Notes: a model not told the origin generated them from the letters alone. DNA of 64,000 nucleotides from Methanothrix sp. (GCA_040770465.1 JAXGJB010000004.1:32001-96000), one strand, 5' to 3'; shown: positions 39,955 through 50,828, counted from the first letter of the stretch. Translations and numbers: made by a program.

Positions 39955-40827
39955 TTAAACAGTCGTCTCAATCTCTTCTTTGAGGGCTGTGAGGGACTTC
40001 TCCAGATCGTAAGGCCCATCGTCCAAGATCGCTTGAGCCCTGGCGACGTCGAGGGACGAGTCTTCTGGACGTTTCGCCTTCCAGATCATATCGCTCATCT
40101 TTGACGGGATCACAAGCTGGGGGTCCAGCCCGAAGACCTCTGCTAGCCTTTGCGCAAACCCGTATCTGGATATCCTCGTCGCCCCTGCCATGTGGTAGAT
40201 CCCCGAGAGCCTCTTATCCCCCGCCTCAAGGAGCATCTTTGCGAGGTTGGTGTTCAAGGTGGGCGTAACGTACTGATCCGTCACGATCCTCGCCTCCCCA
40301 CCGTCCTTCAGCTTCTCGATCAGCCAGAGGGCGAAGTTCACTTTGCCGCTCGCGGGCCTCGCCCCGTATATGACGCAGGTCCTGGCCACGCAGTCGCAGA
40401 ACCTCTCCCCCAAGAGTTTGGTGAGGCCGTAATTATTGATGGGATCGGTCCTGTCATCCTCTCTGTAAAACCCCCTATCTCCATCGAAGACGTAGTCGGT
40501 AGAGACGTAGACCACGAAAGCTCCGACCTCTGCGGCGGACTTTGCGACGGATTCTGTCCCCTCTACGTTGATCTTCCAGGCGAGATCCTGATCCGTCTCG
40601 CACCTGTCCACATCGGTCAGGGCGGCGGTGTGATAGACCACCTCGGGACGAACCTCCAGGATCTTATCTCTGATCCCGCCCTTGTCTTCAAGATCGAATT
40701 TTATCCTCTCGCCCACCTCCGGGAGATGGTGGCAGTATCCGGAGAATACATCGTCACCTCTATCGGCGGCGATCTCAGCGAGCCTGCTTCCCAATAGGCC
40801 GCTTCCCCCCGTTATGAATAATCTCAT
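39955..40827 (-). CDS. rfbD: dTDP-4-dehydrorhamnose reductase
   Basis: GGSGLLG, AA.T.VD.CE, STDYVFDG, YGLTK. Confidence 0.9.
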   Translation of the reverse strand: MRLFITGGSGLLGSRLAEIAADRGDDVFSGYCHHLPEVGERIKFDLEDKGGIRDKILEVRPEVVYHTAALTDVDRCETDQDLAWKINVEGTESVAKSAAEVGAFVVYVSTDYVFDGDRGFYREDDRTDPINNYGLTKLLGERFCDCVARTCVIYGARPASGKVNFALWLIEKLKDGGEARIVTDQYVTPTLNTNLAKMLLEAGDKRLSGIYHMAGATRISRYGFAQRLAEVFGLDPQLVIPSKMSDMIWKAKRPEDSSLDVARAQAILDDGPYDLEKSLTALKEEIETTV

Positions 40828-40830
40828 CCG

Positions 40831-41832
40831 TCACCACTCCAGCTTCCAGGGGGTGGGATTGAGAACCCGATCGTCGGCCAGAGGCCTCCACCATCCCTCG
40901 TTCTCCAGATACCACCTGACCGTCTCCTCTATCCCCGTCTTGAAGCCGTGCTCCGGCCGCCATCCCAGCTCGTCCCTGATCTTCGATGAGTCGAGGCTGT
41001 ACCTCTGATCGTGGCCGGGCCGATCCTCGACGAACTCGATCGCCTCCTCATCTTCGCCCATGAGGGATAATATCGACCTCACGATATCGAGGTTCGTCTT
41101 CTCCTCGCCAGAGGATACGTTGTAGATCTCACCGGGCGTGCCCGATTCCGTCACCGTCTCGATGGCGCGGCAGTGGTCTATTACGTAGATCCAGTCCCTG
41201 ACGTTCTCTCCCGTCCCGTAGACCGGGATCTTCAGGTGCATCAGGGTCCTTATTATCGTCTTAGGTATCAGCTTCTCTGGAAACTGGGACGGACCGTAGT
41301 TGTTGGTGCAACGGGTGACAATGGCGTCGAGACCATAAGTTCGTGCGTAAGCCAGGACGAAGACGTCAGAGGCGGCTTTGCTGGCGGAATAGGGGGATGA
41401 CGGCAAAAGAGCGTCTCTTTCTGTGAACGAGCCCCTTAAAGCCTCTCCATAGACCTCATCCGTCGATATGTGGACCAGCCTCCCATCGGGGTTCTTCTTC
41501 CTCAGAGCTTCCAGGATTGTGAAGACGCCTCTCACGTTGCTGTCGAAAAAAGATCTGGGGTCTGATATGCTCCTGTCTACATGGGTCTCAGCCGCAAAGT
41601 TCACCACCACGTCTGCGTCCTGGACGATGGCAGATACCAGGTCGAGGTCGGATACATCTCCAGAAACAAAGGTGTACCTCTCATCTTCCTCAACCCCCGA
41701 CAGGTTCTCAGGGCTCGACCCGTACTTTTTAGCATCAAGGTTTACGATCTCGTCGTCCCGATCCTCGCCGAGATGCATTCGGACGAAGTTGCTCCCTATA
41801 AACCCCAGCCCGCCTGTAACCAGAACCTTCAT
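40831..41832 (-). CDS. rfbB: dTDP-glucose 4,6-dehydratase
   Basis: AAETHVDRS, STDEVYG, YSASK, NNYGP.QFPEKLIP, DRPGHD.RY. Confidence 0.95.
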   Translation of the reverse strand: MKVLVTGGLGFIGSNFVRMHLGEDRDDEIVNLDAKKYGSSPENLSGVEEDERYTFVSGDVSDLDLVSAIVQDADVVVNFAAETHVDRSISDPRSFFDSNVRGVFTILEALRKKNPDGRLVHISTDEVYGEALRGSFTERDALLPSSPYSASKAASDVFVLAYARTYGLDAIVTRCTNNYGPSQFPEKLIPKTIIRTLMHLKIPVYGTGENVRDWIYVIDHCRAIETVTESGTPGEIYNVSSGEEKTNLDIVRSILSLMGEDEEAIEFVEDRPGHDQRYSLDSSKIRDELGWRPEHGFKTGIEETVRWYLENEGWWRPLADDRVLNPTPWKLEW

Positions 41833-41836
41833 AAAA

Positions 41837-42892
41837 TCACAACAGAATCTCCGAGTTGTCTCCGACTATGAGCCTGTGTCCCATGGGCCTTCGGCCGTTC
41901 TCCCCGATCCTGACGTTCTTTCCGATGAGGCTCTCCGTAATCCTTCCAGCGTTGGATATGGAACACTCCTCCATCACGACGCTGTCCTCGATCTCGGTAC
42001 CCTCGATGATGCACTCGTTGTTTACGGAAGTGTAAGGTCCGATGTAGGAGTCGACGATTCTGCAGTTCTCGCCGAGGATACAGGGCCCTTTTATCTCGGA
42101 GTTCTCGATGACCGTCCCCTTCCCTATAACGACCCTCCCGAATACCTTGGACCCTCTCGCGATCCCATCGTTCTTCGACTTCATCTCGTCGAGGATCAGA
42201 CGGTTCGCCTCCAGGATATCCTCGGCCTTCCCCGTGTCCTTCCACCAACCGTCGACGATCGACGCCTCGACGCGGTGGCCGTTATCTATCAGCCACTGGA
42301 TGGCGTCGGTGATCTCCAGCTCCCCGCGCCAGGAGGGCTTTATCCTCTTACACGCCTCAATGATCAAGGACTTGAAGAAGTATATCCCCACCAGGGCGTA
42401 GTTGGAGGGCGGAACCGTCGGCTTCTCCACCAGCTTCTTTACCCTTCCCCCCTCGTCGAGGTCCGCGACACCGAACCTCTGGGGATCCTCGACCTCCGTC
42501 AAAAGGACGAGAGAGTCGGGTCCCAGATCCCTGAAGTGATCCGAATGACGGGCGATGCCACCCTTTATGACGTTGTCTCCTAGATACATTATGAACTCTG
42601 AATCGCCCAGAAAATCCTCAGCGACGAGGATCGTATGGGCAAGGCCCGCCGGCTCCCCCTGGAATATGAACTGGATATTTGCGTCCCAATCTCTCGATCT
42701 GACCGTCTCCGTGATCTGATCTTTATTGGGGCCGACGATGATACCGATATCTTCGGCCCCGGCTTCGATCACGTCCTCTATCGCGTAGAATAGGACCGGT
42801 TTGTTGGCGATCGGTATCAGCTGCTTCTGTTGAGAGTGAGTTATGGGCCGAAGCCTCGTCCCGTGCCCCCCGGACAGTATCAGCGCCTTCAT
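41837..42892 (-). CDS. rfbA: Glucose-1-phosphate thymidylyltransferase (long form)
   Basis: GG.GTRLRP.T...KQL, YLGDN, EKP, RGELEITD, WKDTG. Confidence 0.95.
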   Translation of the reverse strand: MKALILSGGHGTRLRPITHSQQKQLIPIANKPVLFYAIEDVIEAGAEDIGIIVGPNKDQITETVRSRDWDANIQFIFQGEPAGLAHTILVAEDFLGDSEFIMYLGDNVIKGGIARHSDHFRDLGPDSLVLLTEVEDPQRFGVADLDEGGRVKKLVEKPTVPPSNYALVGIYFFKSLIIEACKRIKPSWRGELEITDAIQWLIDNGHRVEASIVDGWWKDTGKAEDILEANRLILDEMKSKNDGIARGSKVFGRVVIGKGTVIENSEIKGPCILGENCRIVDSYIGPYTSVNNECIIEGTEIEDSVVMEECSISNAGRITESLIGKNVRIGENGRRPMGHRLIVGDNSEILL

Positions 42893-42920
42893 TTCAAGAC
42901 CTCGCGGTTCGGCATCTCGG

Positions 42921-43487
42921 TCAGAACAGCTCGCCTCTCTCTTCCATCTCTTTTAGAGTGGGCCAGAGCCGGTCTCTCTCTGATATGATCAGATCGTCGA
43001 TGGGCCACGTCACGTCCACATCTGGATCGTTCCAGATCAGCCCTCCTTCGCTCTTCGGGGAATAAACGTTGTCGACTTTATATACAACCTCGGCGACTTC
43101 GCTCAATGCCAAAAACCCATGGGCACACCCTCTCGGAACGTAGAGCTGATGTCTGTTCTCCTCGGAGAGGACAAGCCCCAAATATCGCGAAAAAGTCTGC
43201 GAGTTCCTTCTGAGATCAACGACAACATCATAAATTTCCCCCCTTATGCATCGGACGAGCTTGGCCTGGGCATACGGCTCCTTCTGGAAGTGAAGCCCTC
43301 TAAGAACGCCCCGCTTGGACCTGGAGTGATTGTCCTGAACAAAATCCCCTTTAATTCCGAAATTTTCCATTTCATCTTTTTTATATATCTCTAGAAAGAA
43401 CCCTCGGTCATCTTCGAAGACCTTCGTCTGTATCAAGACGGTCTCCGGGATCTCCAGCCTTTTAAACTCGAAGGACATGTAATTCAC
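42921..43487 (-). CDS. rfbC: dTDP-4-dehydrorhamnose 3,5-epimerase
   Basis: DDRGFF, QDNHS.S..GVLRGLHFQ, AHGF. Confidence 0.95.
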   Translation of the reverse strand: MNYMSFEFKRLEIPETVLIQTKVFEDDRGFFLEIYKKDEMENFGIKGDFVQDNHSRSKRGVLRGLHFQKEPYAQAKLVRCIRGEIYDVVVDLRRNSQTFSRYLGLVLSEENRHQLYVPRGCAHGFLALSEVAEVVYKVDNVYSPKSEGGLIWNDPDVDVTWPIDDLIISERDRLWPTLKEMEERGELF

Positions 43488-43672
43488 CTTTCAAATCATA
43501 AGCGGGCGTGTTGAGGGATCTGCTTCGACTGTACATCGATGTCCCTCTTCTCAGATATTGTACTTTCCGGCTCGCCGTTTTCTATCCTCGATGATACTCA
43601 TAAGTTTTGTGTCCGGCTCCTTTGACCCGGCTTCAATATACAAAGCCGCAATCTCGATATGAACTGACCTGA

Positions 43673-44830
43673 TCATCTCGTAACTGAGGGGGGTATTCCG
43701 TCGATCAAACCCTCGTAAACCCCCACCATCCTCTGGGCCACCCGCCTCCAGCTGTAGCATCTCTCTGCAATCAACCTTCCAGAAGCTCCCATCCTCTCCC
43801 TCAGCTCCCCGTCATTCGACAATTTTATTATGGCATCTGCGAGAGCACCCTCATCCTTTGTCGGAACGACCAAGCCCGCCCCGCCCCTTCTCAGATCCTC
43901 GGCGACCCCGACTACGTCTGTGGCCACCACGGGCAGGCCGCAGGCCATAGCCTCCAAGGCGACCATACCGAACGTCTCCTGGCTTCCGGATATCGACGGC
44001 AGCACAAAGAGGTCGGATCGGTTGTAGAGCTCCGCGATCCCATCTTCGGGGACGTATCCGAGAAACTCGACCTCGTCTTCTAGGCCGAGGGAAGAAGCGA
44101 TGCTCTTGTAGCGGCCAAGAAGTTCACCCGCACCCCCAACGACCAACTTCGCCTCAGGAACCTCTTTGACGACCTTCGCCATCGATGCGAGGAGACGATC
44201 CAGACCCTTGAACTCATGAAATTTGTCCATGACGCTTATAAAAAGGATGGTTTTTTCCGAAGAGCTCAGTCTTTCAGGAATTTCGATGGGTTTGAACCTT
44301 TCGACGTCAACTCCAACGGGAATTATTTCAATTTTATTCAAATACCTGTTAAAGTAATCTGACGACTCGACCACCTTAGGGTTGGTTACGATTATTCTGG
44401 AGGCGCCTTTCAGGATCAATCTTCGGTTGGTGTTTTTATATATTTTTGCTATCCAGCTCATTTTGCCCAGACCGACGATGTCGCTGTGGTGGGTCAAGAC
44501 CAGCGGTTTGCCCTTAACGGCAGCGGCGATTAAGCTCCAGTCGGCGGACCAGGGAGTTGGCAGGTGAGTGTGGATCACGTCGAAATCCTCCTTCAGGATC
44601 TCGATGAGGAGGCTCGGGGTGATGTTGGTATTTGCGATCTTGCCGATGTATGGAATCCTTCGAACTCTCACCCCGTCCAGCAGCTCCTCCTCAACGGAGT
44701 TCGGCTCGTTGGCAGAGAGAACCGTCACCTCGTGCCCCAGCCTTGCCAGCTCTATGCTCAAAGATCGGACGTAGTTTTCCACCCCGCCAGCGTAGGGGTA
44801 ATAGCGGGCCGGTGTCTGGAGTATCTTCAT
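43673..44830 (-). CDS. GT4 glycosyltransferase
   Basis: GGVE, KGL..L, ETFGMVALEAMACG.PVV. Confidence 0.9.
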   Translation of the reverse strand: MKILQTPARYYPYAGGVENYVRSLSIELARLGHEVTVLSANEPNSVEEELLDGVRVRRIPYIGKIANTNITPSLLIEILKEDFDVIHTHLPTPWSADWSLIAAAVKGKPLVLTHHSDIVGLGKMSWIAKIYKNTNRRLILKGASRIIVTNPKVVESSDYFNRYLNKIEIIPVGVDVERFKPIEIPERLSSSEKTILFISVMDKFHEFKGLDRLLASMAKVVKEVPEAKLVVGGAGELLGRYKSIASSLGLEDEVEFLGYVPEDGIAELYNRSDLFVLPSISGSQETFGMVALEAMACGLPVVATDVVGVAEDLRRGGAGLVVPTKDEGALADAIIKLSNDGELRERMGASGRLIAERCYSWRRVAQRMVGVYEGLIDGIPPSVTR

Positions 44831-44894
44831 ATCACCATCACACGCAGCATATTTTATTTAATTAGGATGATTGAGCCATCCAATGGCTCACCCC

Positions 44895-46022
44895 TCAAAG
44901 CCTCTCGTATACATCTTCGACCTTTTTTGTAATCTCGTCCCAGCCGTATCCCTTCGCCAAATCCTTCGAAGAGCTGGACATCCGTTTATAGGAATCGCCT
45001 CCCAGAAGCTCGGCCATCTTCAAGGCGATGGATGGAGCTGACGGCTCGGATACCAAGCCGTTTACCCCCTCTTTTATGAGGCTTGAAGCCGCGCTCTTCT
45101 CCGCATCGACGACGACTGCTGGAAGGCCACAGGCGTTCGCCTCAAGAACCGAGATCCCAAAACCCTCCCTCATCGATGGGAAGACGAAGATCTTGGAGGA
45201 CTTCATCATAGAAATGACGTCCTCTTCCGCATCAAGAAAGCCCACGAAGTCGACATTTTTGCCCATGTTCAGCTCTTCGGCGAGCCGGGTCAGGGCCGGC
45301 ATCTCGGGGCCGTCCCCCACGATCCTGCACCTTATATCTGGGATCTCATCCTTCAAGAGGCTCGCCGCCTCTATGAGCAGATCTACCCTCTTATGGCTTG
45401 ATAGTCTGCCGACGTAGATGGCGTCGTAGATCGGCTCGTTTGCTTCAACAGAACGGATCTGCTCAAGGTCCACGCCGTTTCCGACGACCTCCAATCTATC
45501 GGCCGCCACTCCCATCCCGATGAGATCTTCTCTGACCCTTTCGGAGACGGGGATTATCTTCTCCGGGAGCCTGACCGTCCCCTTCTCCACCAGCATTCCC
45601 AATAGTCCCATCCTTCCCAGGTACTCGCGCCAGTAATCTCCCCAGACCTCGTGCCAGGTTATGACGAGGGGAGCCCGCCTCAGCTTCGAGTGGACCATTG
45701 CAGGGAAGCATGGAAGGTAAGGAAACTGCTGAGCGTCGATGACGTCGAAATCCCCTTGAAAAGATGATAGAAGTTTTGTTGAGAAGCGGATCGCCGCCCC
45801 GATCGACCTCCTCCCTCCGACGTAGAGCTTCACTGGACCACAGATGCCGTGAAGGCGAACTCCATCTCTTTCGGCGATATCCTTGCCGTCCCAGAACTTC
45901 ATACCGAAGATGTGAACCTCGTGACCCCTATCCGCGAGCCTTCGAGATACCTCCCAGACCCTCTTTTCCGCGCCTCCTTTGACGTGAGGGTATATTACAT
46001 CGTGGACGTAAGCGATCTTCAT
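44895..46022 (-). CDS. GT4 glycosyltransferase
   Basis: GGAE.R, YVGRL..HK, EGFGISVLEANACG.P. Confidence 0.9.
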   Translation of the reverse strand: MKIAYVHDVIYPHVKGGAEKRVWEVSRRLADRGHEVHIFGMKFWDGKDIAERDGVRLHGICGPVKLYVGGRRSIGAAIRFSTKLLSSFQGDFDVIDAQQFPYLPCFPAMVHSKLRRAPLVITWHEVWGDYWREYLGRMGLLGMLVEKGTVRLPEKIIPVSERVREDLIGMGVAADRLEVVGNGVDLEQIRSVEANEPIYDAIYVGRLSSHKRVDLLIEAASLLKDEIPDIRCRIVGDGPEMPALTRLAEELNMGKNVDFVGFLDAEEDVISMMKSSKIFVFPSMREGFGISVLEANACGLPAVVVDAEKSAASSLIKEGVNGLVSEPSAPSIALKMAELLGGDSYKRMSSSSKDLAKGYGWDEITKKVEDVYERL

Positions 46023-46076
46023 GACGATCGAGTCTCAAGTGAGGCTTTCATCTCTGCTTCTGCAATCCCTCTCCAG

Positions 46077-47213
46077 TCATCCCAGGTTTTCATCTTCGGA
46101 TTTCAGCAAGAGCAGACTTATAAAGACTGCCGAAAATACAGTCTGAACTCCCATGATGGTGAGGACCATCGCCATCACTGACTTCTCCATCTCCTGGAGA
46201 GATCCGTATCCCGCCCCCATCCAGCGGTGGATCACGTCGAGCCCCAGGATCACTCCAATAAGAAGCAAAGCCATCCCCACGAATAGCTCCTTTTCCAGGG
46301 AGTGGTAGCTGTTCAGCATCTTTGCCAGCCTTCCGGGACCCTCAACCCCGTAGGTTCTGCCGAAGGCGGCGATGTAAACTCCGGAAAGGAGGGTCTGATA
46401 CCCTATTATCAGCAGCATGCTCCCCAGGATCAGGGAATGGCCCCTCAGCTCCTGATCAGGCGCCTGCATCAATACGAGAACTGTCAGGGCGAGGCCCAGG
46501 AGGAGAGCAACGGACCCTGGAACCAGGAGGAAGGGCGTCGGCCTGTAGAGGATCATGAACCTCAGGTGCCTCCATCCGTCGGAGAAGGAATGGAGCTTTG
46601 AGGCTCCCTTTCGAGGATGGTAAGTGATGGGAACCTCCGATATCCTGAGCTTCTTCCTCGATGCCTCGATCACCATCTCTGACGCAAACTCCATCCCCTC
46701 GGCCCGGAGGTTTAGCTTCTCCAGGGCCTCCCTGGATATCGCCCTCATGCCGCAGTGGGCATCTGATATCCCCGCCCCGAAGAGGAGATTGAGGATCCAG
46801 GTGAGGAGAGGGTTTCCGATGTATCTGTGGATGGCGGGCATCGCCCCCGCCTCGATCTGACCTTTAAGCCTTGTTCCAATTACGAAATCTGCCTTTCCCT
46901 CCGCAAGGAGCCTTATGAACTCGGGCATCTCGCGAGGATCGTAGGTGAGATCCCCGTCCATGATAACTACGTACTTTCCTCGCGCGTGCTCGAACCCTGC
47001 CAGGTAGGCGTTGCCGTATCCGAGCTTCTCCGGCCTGATAACCTCCGCCCCTAGAGATCGGGCGATCTTTGGAGTCGCGTCGCCGGAGCTGTCCGCCACG
47101 ATCACCTCCCCCTCGATCCCCATCTCATCGAAGACTGCCTTCGACCGGCGGATGCACTCTCCGATCGTCTCCTCCTCGTCCATGGCGGGGATGATCAGGC
47201 TCACAAGACGCAC
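46077..47213 (-). CDS. Dolichol-phosphate glycosyltransferase-like GT2 with C-terminal TM helices
   Basis: IIPA.DEE, GYG.A, DGDLTY, DAHCGMR, FASEM, four C-terminal TM. Confidence 0.85.
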   Translation of the reverse strand: MRLVSLIIPAMDEEETIGECIRRSKAVFDEMGIEGEVIVADSSGDATPKIARSLGAEVIRPEKLGYGNAYLAGFEHARGKYVVIMDGDLTYDPREMPEFIRLLAEGKADFVIGTRLKGQIEAGAMPAIHRYIGNPLLTWILNLLFGAGISDAHCGMRAISREALEKLNLRAEGMEFASEMVIEASRKKLRISEVPITYHPRKGASKLHSFSDGWRHLRFMILYRPTPFLLVPGSVALLLGLALTVLVLMQAPDQELRGHSLILGSMLLIIGYQTLLSGVYIAAFGRTYGVEGPGRLAKMLNSYHSLEKELFVGMALLLIGVILGLDVIHRWMGAGYGSLQEMEKSVMAMVLTIMGVQTVFSAVFISLLLLKSEDENLG

Positions 47214-47354
47214 AGATCAAGACCGGGGTTCCTTCTGATAAGCTTTTCTGCTTTTCTCAAGATTTTGAGCCTCGATGGATGGCGATTTATTTCCAGATTT
47301 TTATAAGACATCTATGAGCTGTCGGTTGTCTGAGGAAGTCGAAAGCAAACTTTT

Positions 47355-49578
47355 ATGAGCAACAATGGCGACCCACCATACAACATGGATGGGGAGAGAT
47401 CGCACGATCTTTGGGGAATCTCAACAGCTGTCCTGTTGGGTCTCTTTTTGAGGTTGATTCCAGCAAGAAATGCGCTTGTTGGGGGAGAGATCCAGTTCTA
47501 CCATTTCGATTCGTTCTACCATCTACGAAGAATCCTCTACACCGTCGATAACTTCCCCTCCACCCTCTGGTTCGACTCCTACCTGAACCATCCTCTGGGC
47601 TTCAGTCTCTCATGGCCGCCCCTCTTCGATCAGATCGGAGCGGCGCTATCCCTTCTTCTGGGAGGGTCTCCCCGGGCTGTGGAGGTCGCAGCAGCCGTGA
47701 TCCCACCGATGCTGGGAACGCTGATGATCCTTCTGACATATCTTCTCGCAAAGAAGCTCTTCGGATTGAGAGTTGCTCTTCTGTCGGCCTTCCTTCTGGC
47801 AACCGATTCAAAACACATTGCGCGAACCATCTTTGGATTTCCGGATCACGATTCGCTGGAGCTTCTTCTCATCATCGGATCCCTCCTCCTCCTCTCTTAC
47901 GCCCTCACCGAACGGGAGCGGAAGCTGGCGTATGGGGCCGCCGCAGGAGTTCTTTTGGCAGCAGTCGCCTACACCTGGTTGGGAGCGCCGATCTACATGG
48001 TCGCGATCCTCATCTACGCTTCCGTACAGACGGCCCTCGACCTTCGAAGGGGGGACACCGCCGAAGAGACGATCATCCCGCTGGCCGCCGCCTTCGGGGC
48101 GTCTCTTCTCCTGTTTCTGCCTTTCTGGAATGAGAAGTGGCTCATCCCTTCCTTCATCGGAGCCCTCGGGTCTCTTGCCGCATTGACGTATTTATGCGTC
48201 CTCTCTCGCCTCTTTGCAGAAAAGACGGTCCCCTGGCAGGCCTTCTTTCCCGCGGTGATGATTTCGGCCTATCTCGCCTTGATCTTGAGCAGCGCCACAG
48301 AGATCGGCTCCAATGCCAGCCGTCTTATTGATGGAGGGGCTCGGATACTTCCTCGGAACCGATCTGGCAAGGCTGGGCATATCTGAGGCGATGCCCATAT
48401 TCGAGGTATACGAGCTGGTATCCTTCCCCATCCTCAGCCTCGTATTCGCCCTGGCAGGGCTCGTCCTCCTGGTGCTGAGCATCGTCGGGGACCCGGAAGT
48501 TCGAAAAGATCGGCTTCTCTTCGTCGTCTGGGCCTCTTTCTCTGCAGCTCTCATGATCTTTCAGGCCAGGTTTATCTTCCTCTTCTCGATCAGCGGATCG
48601 ATCCTGGTCGCCCTTCTATTCTTCTGGGGAAATGAGAGGATCAGATCAAACGACCGTCTTCAAGAGATGAAGCCTGGGACGTTAAGGGCCATAACGGGCC
48701 TCTTTTTTCTCCTCCTTCTCCTCCCATCCGTCTCCAACCTCCCTCAAATGGCCGATAATGGGCCGGAGATCGCCGGAGACTGGAGCGAGTCCCTCGACTG
48801 GCTCAGGGAGAACACCCCACCGACCGCGGGCTATGAGCGGCCGATTGAGGCCGGAGAATATGGCGTCTTGAGCTGGTGGGACTACGGCAACTGGATCCTT
48901 TACAGATCGAAGAGGCCCGTGGTGGCGAACAACTTCCAGGCGGGTGCGAAAGCCTCCGCCGAGTTCTTCCTTGCTGAAAACGAAGAGGAGGCATTGGCTA
49001 CAGCCGAGGCGAGGGACGTCCGATACGTCATAACCGACGCGGATATGGTCTACAGTAAGCTCCCCGTGATCGCCCGCTGGATCGACGAGGATCCTGGAAG
49101 CTACGTCGCCATATCCTCCGATTCGGAGATATCAACCTTCGAGCACTCGCCGAAGTTTATGAAGACTACCCTCGCAAAGCTTCATATCCTCGACTGCACC
49201 GACCTGGGCCGGTTCCGCCTCATCTACGAGTCGGAGAACTCTTCTGGGCTCAAATTCTCCGTCAGCAAAGTCAAGATCTTCGAGCGCGTCCCCGGCGCCA
49301 GGATCGCCGGTAAGACCCCCTACGATGAGCCCATGGGAGTCATCCTGGATATGACCTCAAACAGGGGGAGGAGGTTTCAGTACTTCAACTCGGTCATGCC
49401 GGTGGACGGTCGATACGAGATCCGCGTCCCCTACTCCACCGACGAGAGGCTCGAGACCCACTCTGTGGGACCCTACCTGTTGGGACCTGTGATGGACATC
49501 GTCGGAGGCGAAGCAAGAGAGATAGAAGTGAGTGAGGAGGACGTCTTGAACGGCAGGACGATTGAGGCCGATTTCTGA
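47355..49578 (+). pseudogene. aglB: Oligosaccharyltransferase AglB/STT3, split by a frameshift near 48327 (ORFs 47355..48386 and 48313..49578)
   Basis: First ORF has DSFYH.R, WPPLFD, DHD..E; second has RF, WWDYGNWI, ANNFQ; the two frames overlap. Confidence 0.85.
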
Positions 49579-49716
49579 CCTAGGCCGATTTCTGACCTCG
49601 GATTCTTCATATACTGCTTCTTTTCCATCATCGATGCCCTTCCGCCCCCATCCATCATCGATGCACTTCAGACCCATCAATCATCCGTCGACGTCTGAAC
49701 GTATCTCAAATGAGGG

Positions 49717-49989
49717 TCAAGAGGGAGGATCCCTTTCGAGTATCAGAAATCCCGCATCCTCGCCGATCTCGATCCAGGCCCAGGCCCAGACGACCGCCTC
49801 AAAGGCCCTGATCAGGTCGCCCTTGCCGAGAAAGTACCGGCTGTCGGAGAGGTATGCGGCGATGTTTGCAAGATACCTCTCCCCCGCCTCCTCTCGGGCC
49901 GAAACCCTCTTCACGGCCTCCTCGGCTTTGAGGAGCCATTTCTCGGTCTCGGCCCTGAGATCCTCCTCCAGGCCCAAACCACTCACCAC
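49717..49989 (-). CDS. DUF357 family protein
   Basis: NI.AY.SDS.YFL.KGD.IRAFEAV.WAWAW.E.G. Confidence 0.85.
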   Translation of the reverse strand: MVSGLGLEEDLRAETEKWLLKAEEAVKRVSAREEAGERYLANIAAYLSDSRYFLGKGDLIRAFEAVVWAWAWIEIGEDAGFLILERDPPS

Positions 49990-50127
49990 CCGGCCACAAA
50001 ACGAGATCGACTGACGATGCCCCTTTGAAGTGGGGCGCCAGATGGACGGAGTATGCCAGATGGACGGAGGATGCCGGATCGAAGGTCTGTGTATGTTTGA
50101 GGGACCGTATCTGCGTACTCGTGATAT

Positions 50128-50682
50128 CTATTCAAGGATCCTGACCCCGAACTCGTCGGCATCCACTTTCACCATCGTCTTGATCGAGTAGCCCTGGCTC
50201 TTCAGCCTCTCGGCGCCCGACCCCCTCTCGATCACCGCGACGACGTCCACCACCTCGGCGCCGGCCGCCTCGAGTGCCCCCAGGGTGGCGAGGGCCGTCC
50301 CCCCGGTGCTGACGACGTCATCGACGACGATCACCCTGTCACCGGGGGATATGCCGTTAAGGTAGAGCTGCCCCTTGGAGTAGCCGGTAACCTGGCTCAC
50401 CTCGATCTCGCCGGGGAGGCCGTACTTTCTCTTTCTGATTATCACCAGGGGTATGTCCGTGAAGAGGGAGAGGCCGGTCCCGATGTGGATCCCCATCGCC
50501 TCGACGGTGACGATCTTGTCGACGTCGAGGTTCGCCGTCCTGACGATGTGGGTTACGACCTCCCTTATCAGATCCGGCCTCACCTCGGGGACGCCGTCGG
50601 TTATGGGGTGGATGAAGTAGTTGTAATCGCCCCGCTTGTAGATGGGGGCCTCAAGCAGCGATTTTTTGAGCCTTTCGAGCAG
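50128..50682 (-). CDS. hpt: Hypoxanthine/guanine (adenine-like) phosphoribosyltransferase, probable CTG start
   Basis: [27 protein letters not shown]; frame extends upstream of the track start to [11 protein letters not shown] with a GGAGG RBS. Confidence 0.85.
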   Translation of the reverse strand: MLERLKKSLLEAPIYKRGDYNYFIHPITDGVPEVRPDLIREVVTHIVRTANLDVDKIVTVEAMGIHIGTGLSLFTDIPLVIIRKRKYGLPGEIEVSQVTGYSKGQLYLNGISPGDRVIVVDDVVSTGGTALATLGALEAAGAEVVDVVAVIERGSGAERLKSQGYSIKTMVKVDADEFGVRILE

Positions 50683-50828
50683 AATAGATTCCTCCTGGAC
50701 GGGTCACGAAAGAAGGGGGATGAAGCTTAAACCTTGTGGCCCTCAGCCGGGGATCTCCCGCCGGACCCGGTCTTTTCTCATCCCGTCTACCACCCAGTCT
50801 TCTACCTCTCGCTCATTTTTCCTCGCCT

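Noticed and set aside
43551-43760. 69-aa ORF between rfbC and a GT4
   Set aside because: Overlaps the GT4 3' end and has no recognisable motif
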